Positions 62,676 to 64,000 of a stretch of 64,000 nucleotides of DNA are shown here, piece after piece. This stretch comes from Nostoc sp. (GTDB lineage: Bacteria; Cyanobacteriota; Cyanobacteriia; Cyanobacteriales; Nostocaceae): contig NZ_JBALFY010000011.1 in the NCBI RefSeq assembly GCF_036916655.1, positions 36,569 to 100,568 on the forward strand, written 5' to 3'. Both the position numbers and the translations under genes were made by a program. Each line of letters starts with the position of its first letter. Positions within the stretch are counted from its first letter, which is position 1. The notes beneath the pieces were generated by a model. The model did no database searches. It was given only the letters and a program-made list of their open reading frames with translations, and had not been told where the DNA came from.

Positions 62676-63839
62676 GTGAAAAAATTTTTCAAGATATCGC
62701 TGTTAGTTTCAGATTTATCAAGTGCAGCTATTTTGCGTGCATACTTGATAGCAACAGCCCTCAGAACTTTAGAATATGAAGTTGAAATTATGGGGTTTTT
62801 ATTTGGAAATAACTTATATCGAAATTTACCATCGGAATTAAAAGTTTATAATTTGCCAGGCAAAAATTTCCCAGAGTTTTTTGGAGAAATTAGTAAATTT
62901 TTACCAAATATTAATGGAGATATAGTTTATGCTATCAAACCACAAATAGCGAGTTTTGGAGTAGCTCTACTAAACAAAATATTTAGCAGAAAACCATTAA
63001 TTCTAGACATAGATGATTGGGAACTCAGTTGGTATGGTGGCGATGACTGGCATTATAGTCCCACACCTAAAAAATTAGCCAGGGAATTATTGAAACCAGA
63101 CGGCGCACTCAGGAATCCTTATCATCCTTTGTATGTGAAATGGATGGAAGGTTTAGTAAGTCATGCTGATGCTGTGACGGTGCATACTGAATTTTTGCAG
63201 CAGCGTTTTGGCGGTACATTTGTTCCTAATGGTAAAGATATTTCTCTATTCGATCCCACTCGATATGATGCTGAGTCCAGCAGAAATCGTTATGGTTTAT
63301 CTGAATATCGTATTTTAATGTTTCCTGGTGCGCCAAGACCCTACAAAGGTCTAGAAGATATTCTTATGGCATTGGATAAAATTAATCAACCAGACTTAAG
63401 ACTAGTGATTGTAGGTGGTAGTCCCTATGATGATTACGATCGACAACTCCAACAAAAGTGGGGACGCTGGATTATTAAATTACCAAAGTATCCAGCTGAT
63501 GTTATGCCTGATTTAGTAGCAGCAGCTCATATTGTAGTCGTTCCCCAGCGAAACACCCCAGAAACTCGCGCTCAATTTCCCTTAAAGTTGACAGATGGAA
63601 TGGCAATGGCTAAACCTGTATTATCAACGCGTGTTGGAGATATTCCTAAAATTTTAGGTGATACTGGTTATTTAGTCGAACCTGCTTCTCCTGAACAACT
63701 TGCTGAACAAATTCAATTGATTTTTCAGAATTTAGAGTCAGCAAACCAGCAAGGTATCAAGGCAAGAGAAAGGTGTGTGAAACACTATAGCATAGAAGCG
63801 ATGGCTTCCACCCTCAAGTTAGTAATTTCTCGGTTATGA
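62676..63839 (+). CDS. Glycosyltransferase family 4
   Basis: PYKGLED, FPLKLTDGMAMAKPVLSTRVGDIP. Confidence 0.88.
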   Translation: MKKFFKISLLVSDLSSAAILRAYLIATALRTLEYEVEIMGFLFGNNLYRNLPSELKVYNLPGKNFPEFFGEISKFLPNINGDIVYAIKPQIASFGVALLNKIFSRKPLILDIDDWELSWYGGDDWHYSPTPKKLARELLKPDGALRNPYHPLYVKWMEGLVSHADAVTVHTEFLQQRFGGTFVPNGKDISLFDPTRYDAESSRNRYGLSEYRILMFPGAPRPYKGLEDILMALDKINQPDLRLVIVGGSPYDDYDRQLQQKWGRWIIKLPKYPADVMPDLVAAAHIVVVPQRNTPETRAQFPLKLTDGMAMAKPVLSTRVGDIPKILGDTGYLVEPASPEQLAEQIQLIFQNLESANQQGIKARERCVKHYSIEAMASTLKLVISRL

Positions 63840-64000
63840 ATCTTGATTTGGGATTAGGAATCCAACCAAATCTTAATCATATTTTCTTTCCCAGTACCCA
63901 GTCCCGTATTTCTTTGATGATTAGCTTTATTTGGCAAGTAATTTTGTGAATAATATTAATAAGTAAAAGTGTCATAAAAATATCCAATGTCTACCAGAAA

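Overview
A 64-kb chromosomal window from a heterocyst-forming cyanobacterium, most likely Nostoc. The evidence is abundant HIP1 GCGATCGC octamers, 7-bp STRR tandem repeats, small dispersed repeats and Nostoc-type proteins. Most of it is core genome: lepA (partial), a NifU-type protein, GH57 and GH13 amylases, tRNA-Ser(GGA), ferredoxins, hisZ, Hik2, ccb1, pex, serS, rseP, nth, rpsN, aat, ileS, dnaB with a 429-aa LAGLIDADG intein, rplI, gloB and three glycosyltransferases. No CRISPR array, rRNA, integrase or transposase was found. Main items worth follow-up: (1) a PLP amino-acid decarboxylase with an altered PLP-lysine motif, convergent with an APC amino-acid permease fused to PAS-GGDEF-EAL, with TACGTA motifs upstream of both genes (candidate amine-to-c-di-GMP signalling module); (2) a recently duplicated 592-bp SLH module that produced a beta-helix/SLH chimera in a three-gene envelope cluster; (3) two families of miniature transposable elements, one with IS231-like ends whose three copies all sit inside other small repeats and carry different cargo; (4) an 18-nt element inserted in frame into a HIP1 site in dnaB; (5) a knotless phytochrome/CBCR kinase with non-canonical motifs. 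All family assignments come from motif recognition by eye; no database searches were run.
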